This document shows positions 1-12,510 of a stretch of 64,000 nucleotides of DNA, piece after piece. Position 1 is the first letter of the stretch. Each line of letters starts with the position of its first letter. Below the pieces are notes generated by a model that was not told where the DNA came from, did no database searches, and worked only from the letters and a program-made list of their open reading frames with translations. The stretch lies in contig CP158635.1 of the NCBI GenBank assembly GCA_050273025.1, forward strand, positions 22,444,001 to 22,508,000. The letters are read 5' to 3'. Source of the stretch: Cenococcum geophilum (lineage: Eukaryota). The translations under genes were made by a program, and so were the position numbers.

Positions 1-3000
1 AACCTACCCAAAGAAGTATAAGAAAGATATTAACCCGAAGATATAGAATAAAGCTATAATTAACCCTATAAACGCCGAGTAATAGAACCTAAACGGATTC
101 CTATTATACCGTATAGTATACTATAAAGATAGCGAATACGACGATACTATGCTATGGTATTATATAAAGGAAGACTTTGTTAGATAGATAAAGGAAATAT
201 AGGTTCCTATAAATAAGGATATTGTATAGGACTTCCGTAACTTCCTTTAGGAGTATAGAGTATTTGTCCCTATAGATGGGGGAGTTATTAGAGATAATAT
301 TTAGGAGTATATTATTAACGTAAAAGAAGAGCACGAATGGACTCTATAAGAGATTAAGCATTAACTACGCACTATAAGGAAGCTTAACTTATAATGGAAT
401 TTAAGTAATATATTTCTAGAGACGAATCTACCTCCGCCTTTAACTCCTCTATCTCCAATTTAACCTATAACTTTAATATTAGATACTATACCCTAATAAG
501 AGTAGGCATAGGATTCTATTGCTTCGCGATTTAATAACCTAAAGACTCTACTAACTAGACCTACGTCCCTACTACAGCCTGTAATATAACTCCTACCTCC
601 TTTATTTTAATCTTAAATTGGAGGTATTTTAAAATTGCTTATAGAGCTTACGAAGCTCTATTTAGATTAGAAGAAGAAGTTTAGTAGGGAATTATATAAT
701 ATTCTTAATTCGAAATTGCGTATCTTCTATAACTATTACTAAAAGGTAGAAATAGAGTCTAATTAATACTATAACGCCTATTCTGTTATACTTAGGGGCC
801 GAGCTAGTACCTTCTATTATAATCGTTTGGTAGGAAAAGGATATAACTTTAACCGCATAATATATAAGTTAAGATACCACTTTAAAATAGAAGAGAATAA
901 GTAGCAGTATATGTTAGAATGGAGAGAGACTACCTTTTTAAGAATTATTACTATAAACCCAGGTATTCCTTGGCTTAATTGTCTTTAAAAGCTTTTTAAT
1001 TAACTTTAGACAATCTAGCGTAGTCTATCCGAATTATATTAAGAGGATTTCAGCCTACGTAATTAAGTTATTAGCGTATATTAAGGTGTTAAAAAATATA
1101 ACCTTATTCTTTTTAATCCTGCAAATACTTATAAAGGAGTATATACTTAATTAAGATCTTTTATTAGCATCGCTTTACGCTCTTAAGAAGTATAGCAATT
1201 TAATGTCTAACTTTAATCTACTTTAATTAACCTAGACGACCTGGCCGACTAATATAATTATAACTGGACTAATCGAATATATAGTGGCCATAGTAGGTAA
1301 TACGGTAGAGGGTATAATTAACGACTATAAGGTAAAGGTGGAGGTCCTTATAGAGGTTTATTTTAAAGTAATTGCTAGAAAAAGTGCTACGTTTATAAGA
1401 AACCGAATTGCTAGTTAACTAGGCATTCTCTTAATGAGTAAAAGGAGGTATATAATAAGTTTCGCTAGAGTGTAAGAAATATTAGAAATTATAAGGTTAC
1501 TACAGCCTACTTTTAAAGCTTCTTAGTTTAATATAAAGGCGTAAAAGATTTTAAGGGTAAGGTTAATAAGGCTAAACAGCTCCTTATAGATATAGAAATT
1601 AAGAACTACTTACCCAACTAATACTTTACTAAGTATAGTAAGGTAGATAGTATATAAACCGTCGCTGTTCTTAATAACTAATTTACGCTATATTCTATTA
1701 TAAAGTTAGATATCTTTAATAAGCTAAAGGAGAGCTTTGTATTCTCCTTTAATAATAGATACTTAGTAAATGTCTTCTATAGTATTATGCCAGATATTAG
1801 AGCCGTAGGAGTATCTATAGTAGGAGAACCTTAAGTTTAAGCTCTCTAGTAGCTTAATAGCTCTGTTTAGATTAACTAATTAACGGTAGGCTAATATATA
1901 ATTTGTTTTAGTAAGGGTACTATAATCTCTCTTGGCATAATTAGAGTCTAAACCCCCTTAGGGTATATTACTTTTTACGTTGTTCCTATAAATACCCTAT
2001 TTCTATTTTATATTAGAGATATAGATAAATTAGGCGTTAAGCTTAATAACCTTAAAAATATACTTATTTAGGGAGATAACTAGGTGCCCGTTGTGCGCAA
2101 GTAGGGTTACCCTTAGTTGCTCCTTTATTAACTAGAAAAGAGTATTACTTAGAGCTACCTAACTAAGTTAGAGTTACGTTAACTATACCGTTAATTTAGC
2201 CACCTATCTATTTATTAATTGCTTAGGGTTCTTTAGCGAGTAGGCTATAAAGTTAAGGTTAAGGCAATTAAGCATTTTATAAAGTACTGCTATTACTACT
2301 AAATAAACTAGAAGTCCCCTAGCCGATTTAAGTTCACCCTTAAAGATAACTATAACTTTAACTTCTATATTATTGTTAATATTATATATTTTAGCGGCAA
2401 GCTAGTACTCTAAGTTATTAACTTTTTAACCTCCTTCTAAGCCGCACGTTTCTTAAAAGATATATTAGCTAGGAATATATAAGATACCCTTTAATTATAC
2501 TAGATTAATATTTACCTAAAAACCCCTAATTAAATTATCTATAATATAAGAAAGAACTTCTTATCTATAGAGTTTCGATAATAGATAAAGGTAATGGCAA
2601 TTAAGGTTAAGGAAGTCCCTATTAAGGCATATAATAGTATCGGAAAAGTAGAGCGGTATTACACGCTATTACGCCGCGTATATAAGATTATCTCTTTAGA
2701 ACTAGAGAATGCTAGTAAAAAACTTACCTTATAAATAGCTGTTAAAGCTATTAATAATTCCGCTGGCCCGGATGGACTTATACCTATATTACTAGTTTTT
2801 AGCGCCTACCCTTAAATAACTAACGATTCTTTACTATCTCCCTCCGTTATATAACGAGCTAAGGCTATTTATAAGGCAATAAAGGAGGTGTAACGTCTCT
2901 ACGCCATACGCTAGGTTAATAATGTACTAGGAATAAGAAATAGCCTAAATACCTTAACTACGCTTAATCTACTACTCTAGTTTAAGGTACGCGTATAGCG

Positions 3001-4960
3001 TGAAAAGGGAGAATGGTTAGGCCCATATTAACTTATTATAATTAATAGTTAAACTTATACTATTTAGATGCCTTACAGACCTACTTAATTCCGTTTAACT
3101 ATTATTAAGCCTTACTATAAAGATAACATTTTTAAGCCTTTATAGGACGCCCTAAAAGATGCCCTAGAGGAGAACTACAATTAACGTACTTTAGAAGGCG
3201 ACTACAATTCTAATATAATTATAGTAGATGTGCCGTAACTATAACGCGGTAAAGGTTGCCCGAAGGGATTATAAAATCGCTAATATCTTATTAATTTTAA
3301 AGAGCAATTTGTTACCGCTATTAAGAATAGAGTTAAGTTATTAATAGCCTTTATAACAGCTAAAAAGAAGGCTAACTTTAAGCTCGCAAAATAGCTCTAA
3401 AAGGAAGGTTGTATTATAACTCTAGGAGCTCCTTTCTAAGTATTTAATAAATAGGAGATCAATAGTCTTATTGCGAGAGGAGTCTTTAAATTTAAGAAGT
3501 ATGACCCTATTAAATTCAATGGAGTTCGCATCTTTAAGTTAAGAATAGTTAATAAGATTAAGGGTAAAGCTACTAACGCCCTATTTAAGAAATTAAGGCT
3601 TATTATCTAAGGCTATAATAATAATGGTAAGGAGGTAATTCTTATATAATCTCCTATAATTTAACGAGCTAGTTAGCAAGTTATTATTATACTAGCTCCC
3701 TCCTTAATAAAGAACGGAATGGCGGTTTATTTGCGAGATATTACTTAGGCCTACACCTAATTAGAGATGTACCTTTAGCGCTTAATACTAGCATACCTTT
3801 TAGAGTAAATTCGCCACTAATATCCTAAAGATATAATTATGGTTGTGCTTAAGCCATTATATAGAATTGCAGAGGTAGGAACTTATTAGTAGGCTACCTA
3901 TAGTAAGCACTATAAAGAGAGGCTCTTAATAACTACTTCTATATTTAATTTATGCTTCCTTATTATAACTACGGGAACCCTATTTGGAATTGTTGGTATA
4001 TAAACTAATAATATAATTATTTTAGAAAACAACTAATTCTTAGCTCTTAAAGAAGATAAGCTAGTAAAGGCAAATCTTATAACAAAGCTAAAGGAAAAGC
4101 TTAATTTAATAATACTATTACTTTTTAATAGATATATCCTCTCCCTAAATAAGGATTCTATTGCTTTACGCCAGAAGAGTTAGGGTAAAAAGATTAACGT
4201 TATTAACGTTAATTCTCCAAAGTAAGGATATATGGAGCAACGCGCTCGCGGAGCTTATATTACTTCTATCTATTAACCTAAGGCTTTATTTAATCTCTCT
4301 ATTACCGCTTAATACTAGGAACTAACTAAGGATAATGTTCTTGCCCTAAATAAGCGTCTTTTCTAGTAAATAAACTATCTCGATTAGGGACTACTCTATA
4401 TACCTATTAATCTTCCTACCGCTAAGCTCTTTGTATTTATTAATAGATCGTTTATAAATAATAAAGATTTTAGCTCCTAGCTAGGATATAAGATTATTAT
4501 CGCAAACGAATCTACTGAAGAGAATGACTTTATAATCTACGGCAATCTTATTTATTAAAGCTTAATTAAGAGCAAGCGCGTTACTTAAAGCGTTCTAGCG
4601 TTAGAGATATATAAAATGGTTAGCGGAGTTAATATAGTAATTGTAATTGGAACTACCCTAAAGATAATTACAGATCGACTTAAACTCCCCGTTATCCCTA
4701 TAATTATATACACCGACTTATATTCCCTCTATAAATGTTTAGTTAAGCTTAGTACTATAAAGGAGAAGCGCCTTATAATTAATATTATAGCACTTTAATA
4801 GTCCTACGAGCGTTAAGAACTCTTTAAGATTTAATAGATTAATGGCTAAGATAACCCGGTAGATGTAATAACAAAGGTAAACCTAAATAAGGTACTAGAG
4901 ATATTTGTTAATATAAATACTCTATATATACGAGTTAAAGGTTAGGTTAAGAGGGAGTAG
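1..4960 (+). mobile_element. Ty1/Copia LTR retrotransposon gag-pol relic (RIP-degenerated, no LTR seen)
   Basis: De-RIP motifs in Copia order: CYVCKKPNCW (~1385), MPDTGA protease-like (~1787), LHRRFGH (~2183), integrase GKVERYH and AVKAINDSAGPDGLIP (2641-2790), RT KSRL.IQGYND / RDITQAY / KPLYGIAEAGTHWWATY (3590-3900), RNase H YTDSYSLY..KEKRL..NPAD.MTK (4705-4875), stop near 4960. Confidence 0.9.
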
Positions 4961-5612
4961 GAAATATAGCTAGTAGAATATAGCTGGTAGAATTTAATAG
5001 AATGTTATAGCTTGGCAGAATTTAGTAGAATGTTATAGCTTGGCAGAATTTGGCGGAAGTGAACCTTCAAACCGGAAAAGTAACCGTCCGACCTCCAACC
5101 GGGCTTAGACCGCCTAGCCCACGCTTAGACCGCCCAGCCCACGCGCGCTTAGGCCAAATCTCAACGTTGCCACTAAAGATAAGCCCCTTTCTCGGAAAAG
5201 TTAGTAAAATTCTATATGCGGCTTAGTTAGTGCCTAGAAATATCTAGTACGCCTCAACATAAGATAGGGTAGGGGGTTAGGCTTACTTGAGATAATATGC
5301 CATATTTTATAGATTTTCCGAGAAAAAAATCTATGTTTAGTATTTTTTTCTACCACCTACTGGACTGTTACCATAGAACCTAGCGCCAGGTTTCTAAAGA
5401 CACGTAATTACTAGTAAAATTAGCTTGAAGCTTCTTCAAGACCGAAAAGTAACCGTCCGGTAACCGTCCGGTAACAGTCCAGTAGGGGTCTAAGGGTAGT
5501 AAAAGTAACCGTTCTTAAGGGGTGCTACCGAGAATTTAGCTTTATATGCTAGAATTTCCGAGAAAATATTAAAAGCGGGCATGCGCCGCAGGCACGATTT
5601 TTTTTACATAGA
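4961..5612. repeat. Cluster of short direct repeats resembling a transposon subterminal region
   Basis: ATAGCTTGGCAGAATTT repeats (4965-5055), GCTTAGACCGCCYAGCCCACGC x2 (5103-5145), GTAACCGTCCG several times (5080, 5449-5480, 5504). Confidence 0.5.
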
Positions 5613-8600
5613 CAGAGCTCTGTGTAGAGCTTCGATAGAGCTCTATTTTAAACTTCAATAGAGCTCTATTTTAAGCTTTGATAGAGCTCTGTTTAGAGCT
5701 TTGATAGAGCTTCGTCTAGAACTTCGATAGAGCTCCGTGTAGAGCTTTAGTAGAGCTCCGTGTAGGGCTTTGGTAGAGCTCTATATAGAGCTTTGGTAGA
5801 GCTTCTAGCAGAGCCTTTGGTAGAGCTCTATCCGGAGTCTTGGCAGAGCTTCTGGCAGAGCCTTTGGTAGAGCTCCGTACAGAGCTTGGAAGAGCTCTAC
5901 GCGGAGCTTTAGTAGAGCTCTATGCGGAGTCTTGGCAGAGCTTCTGGCAGAGCCTTTGGTAGAGCTCCGTACAGAGCTTCGGTAGAGCTCTACGCGGAGC
6001 TTTGGTAGAGTTCTATGCGGAGTCTTGGCAGAGCTTCGTGCAGAGCTTCGTAGAGAGCCCTGGCAGAGCTTAGTGCAGAGCTTCGTAGAGAGCCTCTGGC
6101 AGAGCCTTTGGTAGAGCTCTATGCGGAGTCTTGGCAGAGCTTCGTGCAGAGCTTTGAGGAAGCTTCGTAGAGAGCCTCTAGCAGAGCTTCGTGCAGAGCT
6201 TCGGCAGAGCTTCTGGCAGAGCCTTTGGTAGAGCTCCGTGCAGAGCCTCGGTAGAGCTCTACGCGGAGCTTCGGCAGAGCTCTATGCGGAGTCTTGGCAG
6301 AGCTTCGTGCAGAGCGTCTGGCAGAGCTTCGTGCAGAGCTTCTGGCAGAGCTTCTTGCAGAGCTTCTGGCAGAGCTTCTGGCAGAGCTTCTAGCAGAGCC
6401 TTTGGCAGAGCTCCGTAAGAGCTTCGGTAGAGCTCTATGCGGAGCCTTGGCAGAGCTCCGTGCAGGGCTTCGAGGGAGCTTCGTAGAGAGCCTCTGGCAG
6501 AGCTTCGAGCTTTCTGGCAGAGCTTTCTGGCAGAGCCTTTGGTAGAGCTCCGTGCAGAGCCCGTGCGGAGCCCCGTGCAGAGCCCCGTACAGAGCCTCTA
6601 GTAAGCTTTGGTAGCTAGGGAAATTAATTATGGAGTCTAGCTTTAAGCTAGAATTATTATAGATTAGTAGACTGAGTCAGAGGCCCCACCGTAAGCTCTG
6701 TACGGAGCTCTGCACGAAGCTCTACCAGAGGCTCCCTACGAAGCTCTACACGAAGCTCTGTCAGAGGCTCTCTACGAAGCTCTACACGAAGCTCTGCACG
6801 AAGCTCTGCACGAAGCTCTGCACGAAGCTCTGCACGAAGCTCCCTTAAAGCTCTGCACGAAGCTCTACCAAGACTCCGCATAGAGCTCTGCACGGAGCTC
6901 TACTAAAGCCCTACACGAAGCTCTACCAGAGGCTCTACGAAGCTCCCTCGAAGCTCTGCACGAAGCTCTGCCAAGACTCCGCATAGAGCTCTACCAAAGG
7001 CTCTGCCAGAAGCTCTGCCAGAAGCTCTGCCAGAAGCTCTGCACGAAGCTCTACCAGAGGCTCCCTACGAAGCTCTACACGAAGCTCTGCCAGAGGCTCT
7101 CTATAAAGCTCTACACAAAGCTCTGCACAAAGCTCTACCAGAGGCTCTCTACGAAGCTCCCTCGAAGCTCCGCACGAAGCTCTACCAAGACTCCGCATAG
7201 AGCTCTGCACGGAGCTCTACCAAAGGCTCTGCCAGAAGCTCTACGCGAAGCTCTACGCGAAGCTCTACCAGAGGCTCTCTACGAAGCTCTACACGAAGCT
7301 CTACCAGAGGCTCTAAGAAGCTCCCTTAAAGCTCTGCACGAAGCCCTACCAAGACTCCACATAGAGGCTCCGCGTAGAGCTCTACCGAAGCTCTATACGG
7401 AGCTCTACTAAAGGCTCTGCTAGAGGCTCTGCCAGAAGCTCTGCCAGAAGCTCTACACGAAGCTCTGCTAGACAAAGCTCCCTTAAAGCTCTGCACGGAG
7501 CTCTGCTAAGACTCCGCATAGAGCTCTACTAAAGCTCTGCGTAGAGATCTACTAAAGCTTAACACGGAGCTCTACTAAAGCTCTACACGGAGCTCTATAT
7601 TTACTATAAATTAGATTAATCTAATTTTTATTAACGTCTAGTTCCTATATAGATTAATATTATACTAAACCAGATTAGCGTTAAGCTATATAAAGCTATT
7701 AAGCTTTAATTGGTAGGAGATAGATTCTATTTATAGAATATAGATATTACGTATTAAGGATTAATTATTTATAGGTAATTATTTTATGTTATTTAGGTAT
7801 TTATAAGTATATACTTTTATATATACCTATACCTACCTAATCTATTATAAGCCCTATATCCGCGGCTAATTCTATTAAAACTATAGTATTTATAGCTTTC
7901 TAAAGTATATCTTTCTAAGTTAAAAACTTATAGATTAATATAGTTAATAGTTAATTTAATATTATAATAAGTAGTTTATTTTAAAGGAAAATCTTATTAA
8001 TTAATTTTTAGTAATATAGCTCTATATTAAGTAGAGCAGCTATATACTAAATAAGGTAGATCTATAGAGTAGAGTAGCTAAATATAGAAGTATTTAATAT
8101 TAGTATTTCTAAAGGTAATAAACTTATCTTTTAGTAGGGCTTTAGTAAGGCCGTTAACTACGTATTTTTTATTAAAATATACTATAGCTATACTTTTTCT
8201 TTAGTCTATCTCTTCTATATATAGAAATATTAGATTATAATATACTTTATCCTAAAGTAAAATTAGAGGTTTTTAGCTAATACTATAGCGTCTTAGTTAT
8301 CTCTATAGATTATAGTTACTATTAGATCTTTTTTTAATTTAAGTAGTTCTACTAAGAGGTATCTTAGCTAGACGGCTTTTTTAGAAGCCTTATAGGATAA
8401 TAAGGTAATAACTACTTATCTCTTTAATAACTAGCTAATTACTTTACTTCTAATATTAAAGATATATTATTTAGTATAATATCTCTTATTTAGTCTAAGT
8501 TAATATATTTAACTAGTTATTTTAAGGAATTAGAGTAGGCTAAATTTAGGTTAATAGTATCTTAAAAGTATTAAAATATAAGGTTCTTTAAGTTAGCTAT

Positions 8601-11600
8601 ATAGCGATTATAGACTAATATAGTATATATAATATCTAATTAAATTAAGGCCTATAATAGGTTTAGTAGGTATAGGTAATACTACTTTACTCCCTATCTA
8701 TTTATAAAAGATATATCTAAAAAAGTATATATCTATAAATATCTAAATATTTTAAAAGAATTACTTATAAATAATTAACCCCTATTAGATATATCTACCT
8801 TCTATAAATAGAAACTACCTCTTACTAATTAAGGCTTCGATAGAGTTCTATCTAGAGCTTCAATAGAGCTCTGTGTAGAGCTTTAGTAGAGCTCCATATA
8901 GAGCTTTAGTAGAGCTCCGTGTAGGGCTTTAGTAGAGCTCTATATAGAGCTTTGGTAGAGCTTCTGGTAGAGCCTTTAGTAGAGCTCTATATAGAGTTTT
9001 ATACGAAGTCTTAGCAGAGCTTCGTGCAGAGCTTCGTAGAGAGCCTTTAGTAGAGCTTTATATAGAGCTTCTGGCAGAGCCTTTAGTAGAGCTCTATGCG
9101 GAGTCTTGGCAGAGCTTTGTGTAGAGCTTTAAGGGAGCTTCGTAGAGAACCTCTGGCAGAGCTTTTAGTAGAGCCTTTGGTAGAGCTCCGTGCAGAGCCT
9201 ATATTAAGCCCATAAGAGCCCCATGCAGAGCCCCGTGCGGAGCCCCTAGTAAAGCTTTAGTAACTAGGGAAATTAATTATAGAGCCTAGCTTAAAGCTAG
9301 AATTATTATAGATTAGTAAACTCTTAGTTTAATGCAGTACGGGCTAAAACTAAGTCAGAGGCTCTACCAAAAGCTCTACCAGAAAGCTCTGCGCGAAGCT
9401 CTGCTAGAAAGCTCTGCGCGAAGCTCTGCCAGAGGCTCTCTACGAAGCTCCCTCAAAGCTCTGCACGGAGCTCTGCCAGAGGCTCTCTACGAAGCTCCCT
9501 CAAAGCTCTGCACGGAGCTCTGCCAAGACTCCGTACAGAGCTTTGAGGGAGCTTTGTAGAGAGCCTCTGGCAGAGCTTCGTGCAGAGCTTCGTACAGAGC
9601 TTCGTGCAGAGCTTCATAAAGAGCTTCTGGCAGAGCTTCGTGTAGAGCCTTTAGTAGAGCTCCGTGCAGAGCTTTAAGGGCTTCATAGAGAGCCTCTGGC
9701 AGAGCTTCGCGCAGAGCTTTCTGGCAGAGCCTTTGGTAGAGTCTCTAAATTAGTTTTAGCCCGTGCTACATTTAACTAAGAGTCTACTAATCTATAATAA
9801 TTCTAGCTTAAGGCTAGGCTCTATAATTAATTTCCCTAGCTACCAAAGCTTTACTAGAGGCTCTGCACGGGGCTCTGCACGGAGCTCTATATGGGCTCTG
9901 CACGGAGCTCTACTAAAGGCTCTGCTAGAAAGCTCTGCCAGAAAGCTCGAAGCTCTGCCAAAGGCTCTCTACGAAGCTCCCTCGAAGCCCTGCACGGAGC
10001 TCTGCCAAGGCTCCGCATAGAGCTCTACCGAAGCTCTTACGGAGCTCTGCCAAAGGCTCTGCTAGAAGCTCTGCCAGAAGCTCTGCAAGAAGCTCTGCCA
10101 GACGCTCTGCACGAAGCTCTGCCAGACGCTCTGCACGAAGCTCTGCCAAGACTCCGCATAGAGCTCTGCCGAAGCTCCGCGTAGAGCTCTACCGAGGCTC
10201 TGCACAGAGCTCTACCAAAGACTCTGCTAGAAGCTCTGCCGAAGCTCTGCACGAAGCTCTACTAGAGGCTCTACGAAGCTCCCTTAAAGCTCTGCACGAA
10301 GCTCTGCCAAGACTCCGCATAGAGCTCTACCAAAGGCTCTGCCAGAGGCTCTCTACGAAGCTCTACACTAAGCTCTGCCAGAGGCTCTCTACGAAGCTCT
10401 GCACTAAGCTCTGCCAGGGCTCTCTACGAAGCTCTGCACGAAGCTCTGCCAAGACTCCGCATAGAACTCTACTAAAGCTCCGCGTAGAGCTCTACCGAAG
10501 CTCTGTACGGAGCTCTACTAAAGGCTCTACCAGAAGCTCTGCCAAGACTCCGCATAGAGCTCTACCAACGGCTCTGCCAGAAGCTCTGCTAAGACTCCGG
10601 ATAGAGCTCTACCAAAGGCTCTGCCAGAAGCTCTACCAAAGCTCTATATAGAGCTCTACCAAAGCCCTGCACGGAGCTCTACTAAAGCTCTATACGGAGC
10701 TCTATTGAACTTCGAGATGAAGCTCTATCAAAGCTCTAAACAGAGCTCTATTGAAGCTCTATACGGAGCTCTACTAAAGGCTCTGCTAAAAGCTCTACTA
10801 AAAGCTCTGCCAGAAGCTCTGCTAAAAGCTCTGCACGAAGCTCTGCCAGAGGCTCTGCTAAAAGCTCTACTAGAGGCTCTGTATGAAGCTCTACTAGAGG
10901 CTCTGCACGAAGCTCTACTAGAGGCTCTGCACGAAGCTCTGCCAGAGGCTCCTATAAAGCTCCCTTAAAGCTTTACACGGAACACTGCTAAGACTCCGCA
11001 TAGAGCTCTACGCGGAGCTTCGGTAGAGCTCTATATAGAGTCTTAGGACAGCTCCGTATAGGGCTTTAGTAGAGTTTTAGTAGAGCTCCGTATATAGCTT
11101 TAGTAGAGCTCCATATAGAGCTTTAGTAGAGCTCCGTATAGAGCTTCAATAGAGTTCTATGCGGAGTCTTAGTAGAGCTTCGTGTAAAGCTTTAAGGGCG
11201 CTTCGTAGAGAGCCTCTAGTAGAGCTTCGTGTAGAGCTTCTAGTAGAGCTTCTTATAGAGCTTCTTATAGAGCTTTTGGCAGAGCTTCTAGCAGAGCTTC
11301 TTACAGAGCTTCTAGTAGAGCTTTTAGTAGAGCTTCTTATAGAGCTTCTAGTAGAGCTTCTTGCAGAGCTTCTTATAGAGCTTCTTACAGAGCTTCTAGT
11401 AGAGCCTTTAGTAGAGCTCCGTGTAGAGCTTTAGTAGAACCCTATGCGGAGTCTTAATAGAGCTTTATAGAGAGCCTCTAGCAGAGCTTTTAGTAGAGCC
11501 CTATATAGAGCCCCGTATAGAGCCTCTAGTAAAGCTTTAGTAGCTAGTAAAATTAATTATAGAGCCTAGCTTTAAGCTAGAATTATTATAAATTAGTAAA

Positions 11601-12010
11601 CTTTTAGTTAAATATAGTATCGGCTAAAACTAAGTTAGAGGCTTTACTAAAGGCTATACTAGAAAGCTCTGCTAAAAAGCTCTATATAAAGCTCTGCTAG
11701 AGACTCTCTACAAAGCTCTATACGGAGCTTTATATCTACTATAACGTCTACTATAATATCTACTATAAAGCTCTACTAGAGCTCTCTGCGGAGCTTTATT
11801 AAATCTCTATATAGAGCTCTATTAAAGCTTTTCGCGGAGCTCTATTAAAGTTCTACGTGGAGCTCTATTAAATCCCTATATAGAGCTTTACTAAAGCCCT
11901 ATATATGCCTCTAATAATACCCCACGCGGAGCTATACTAAGCTTTATATAGAGCCCTATATAGAGCCCTATATAGAGCCTTATATAGAGTTATATATAGA
12001 GCTCTATATT
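5613..12010. repeat. Satellite complex of 11-12 bp GCAGAGCTTCT-type units in alternating orientation, with conserved ~65-100 bp spacers
   Basis: Forward blocks ~5613-6610, 8831-9257, 9535-9744, 11010-11537; reverse blocks ~6676-7597, 9356-9535, 9846-11010, 11637-12010. Spacer CTAGGGAAATTAATTAT..GCTAGAATTATTATAGATTAG at ~6612, 9258, 11538 and inverted at 9745-9845. Confidence 0.95.
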
Positions 12011-12424
12011 TACTATAATATCTACTATAATATTTATCTAACCTAACCTATTATAACCTTTACTACTAAATTACTTATATATAATAGATAATTTAATAAA
12101 ACTACTAAGGAGCCGCTATAGTAGTAGGATACGCCCACTAATTACCTAGAATATAACTATTATATAAACAATAACAGGAAAAAAATATATATATACTAGC
12201 GGAAAGGTTCTTTTTTTATAAGGGCTAAGTAGACCTATAAGATACTAGTAGCTAAAACTACCCTCTACCTCTAAAGATAAGCTAAATAGTTTTAGTAAAG
12301 AAAATAAAAGAAGCTATATAGAGGCTTTTTATTAGTAAGGCGGTAGGGCTAAATAGTATTCTAAATAAGGCAATTAAAGTTATATTAAAAGTCTTAATAA
12401 TACTATTAGCTAATACTATAACTA

Positions 12425-12510
12425 GCTCGCGAAGCCCTACTATACGTGTCTATGTTACCACAGGTGGAAATATTATTAGGAAACCCTTCCTTATAACAGC
12501 TAAGTGTAGA
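12425..12510 (+). ncRNA. HDV-like ribozyme relic at element 5' end
   Basis: Observed P1 gctcgcg/cacaggt followed by GG, P2 ctatac/gtgtag, P3 gtg/tac, L3 tctatgt, J4/2 gctaa; mismatches are C>T or G>A changes from a canonical fold. Confidence 0.65.

Noticed and set aside
6191..11434. Many ELLAEL/RASGRA repeat ORFs on both strands
   Set aside because: They arise from translating an 11-12 bp satellite, with overlapping frames and frequent frameshifts.
5613..12010. CRISPR-like or telomeric array
   Set aside because: No unique spacers between units, the unit is not a TTAGGG type, and the context is fungal.
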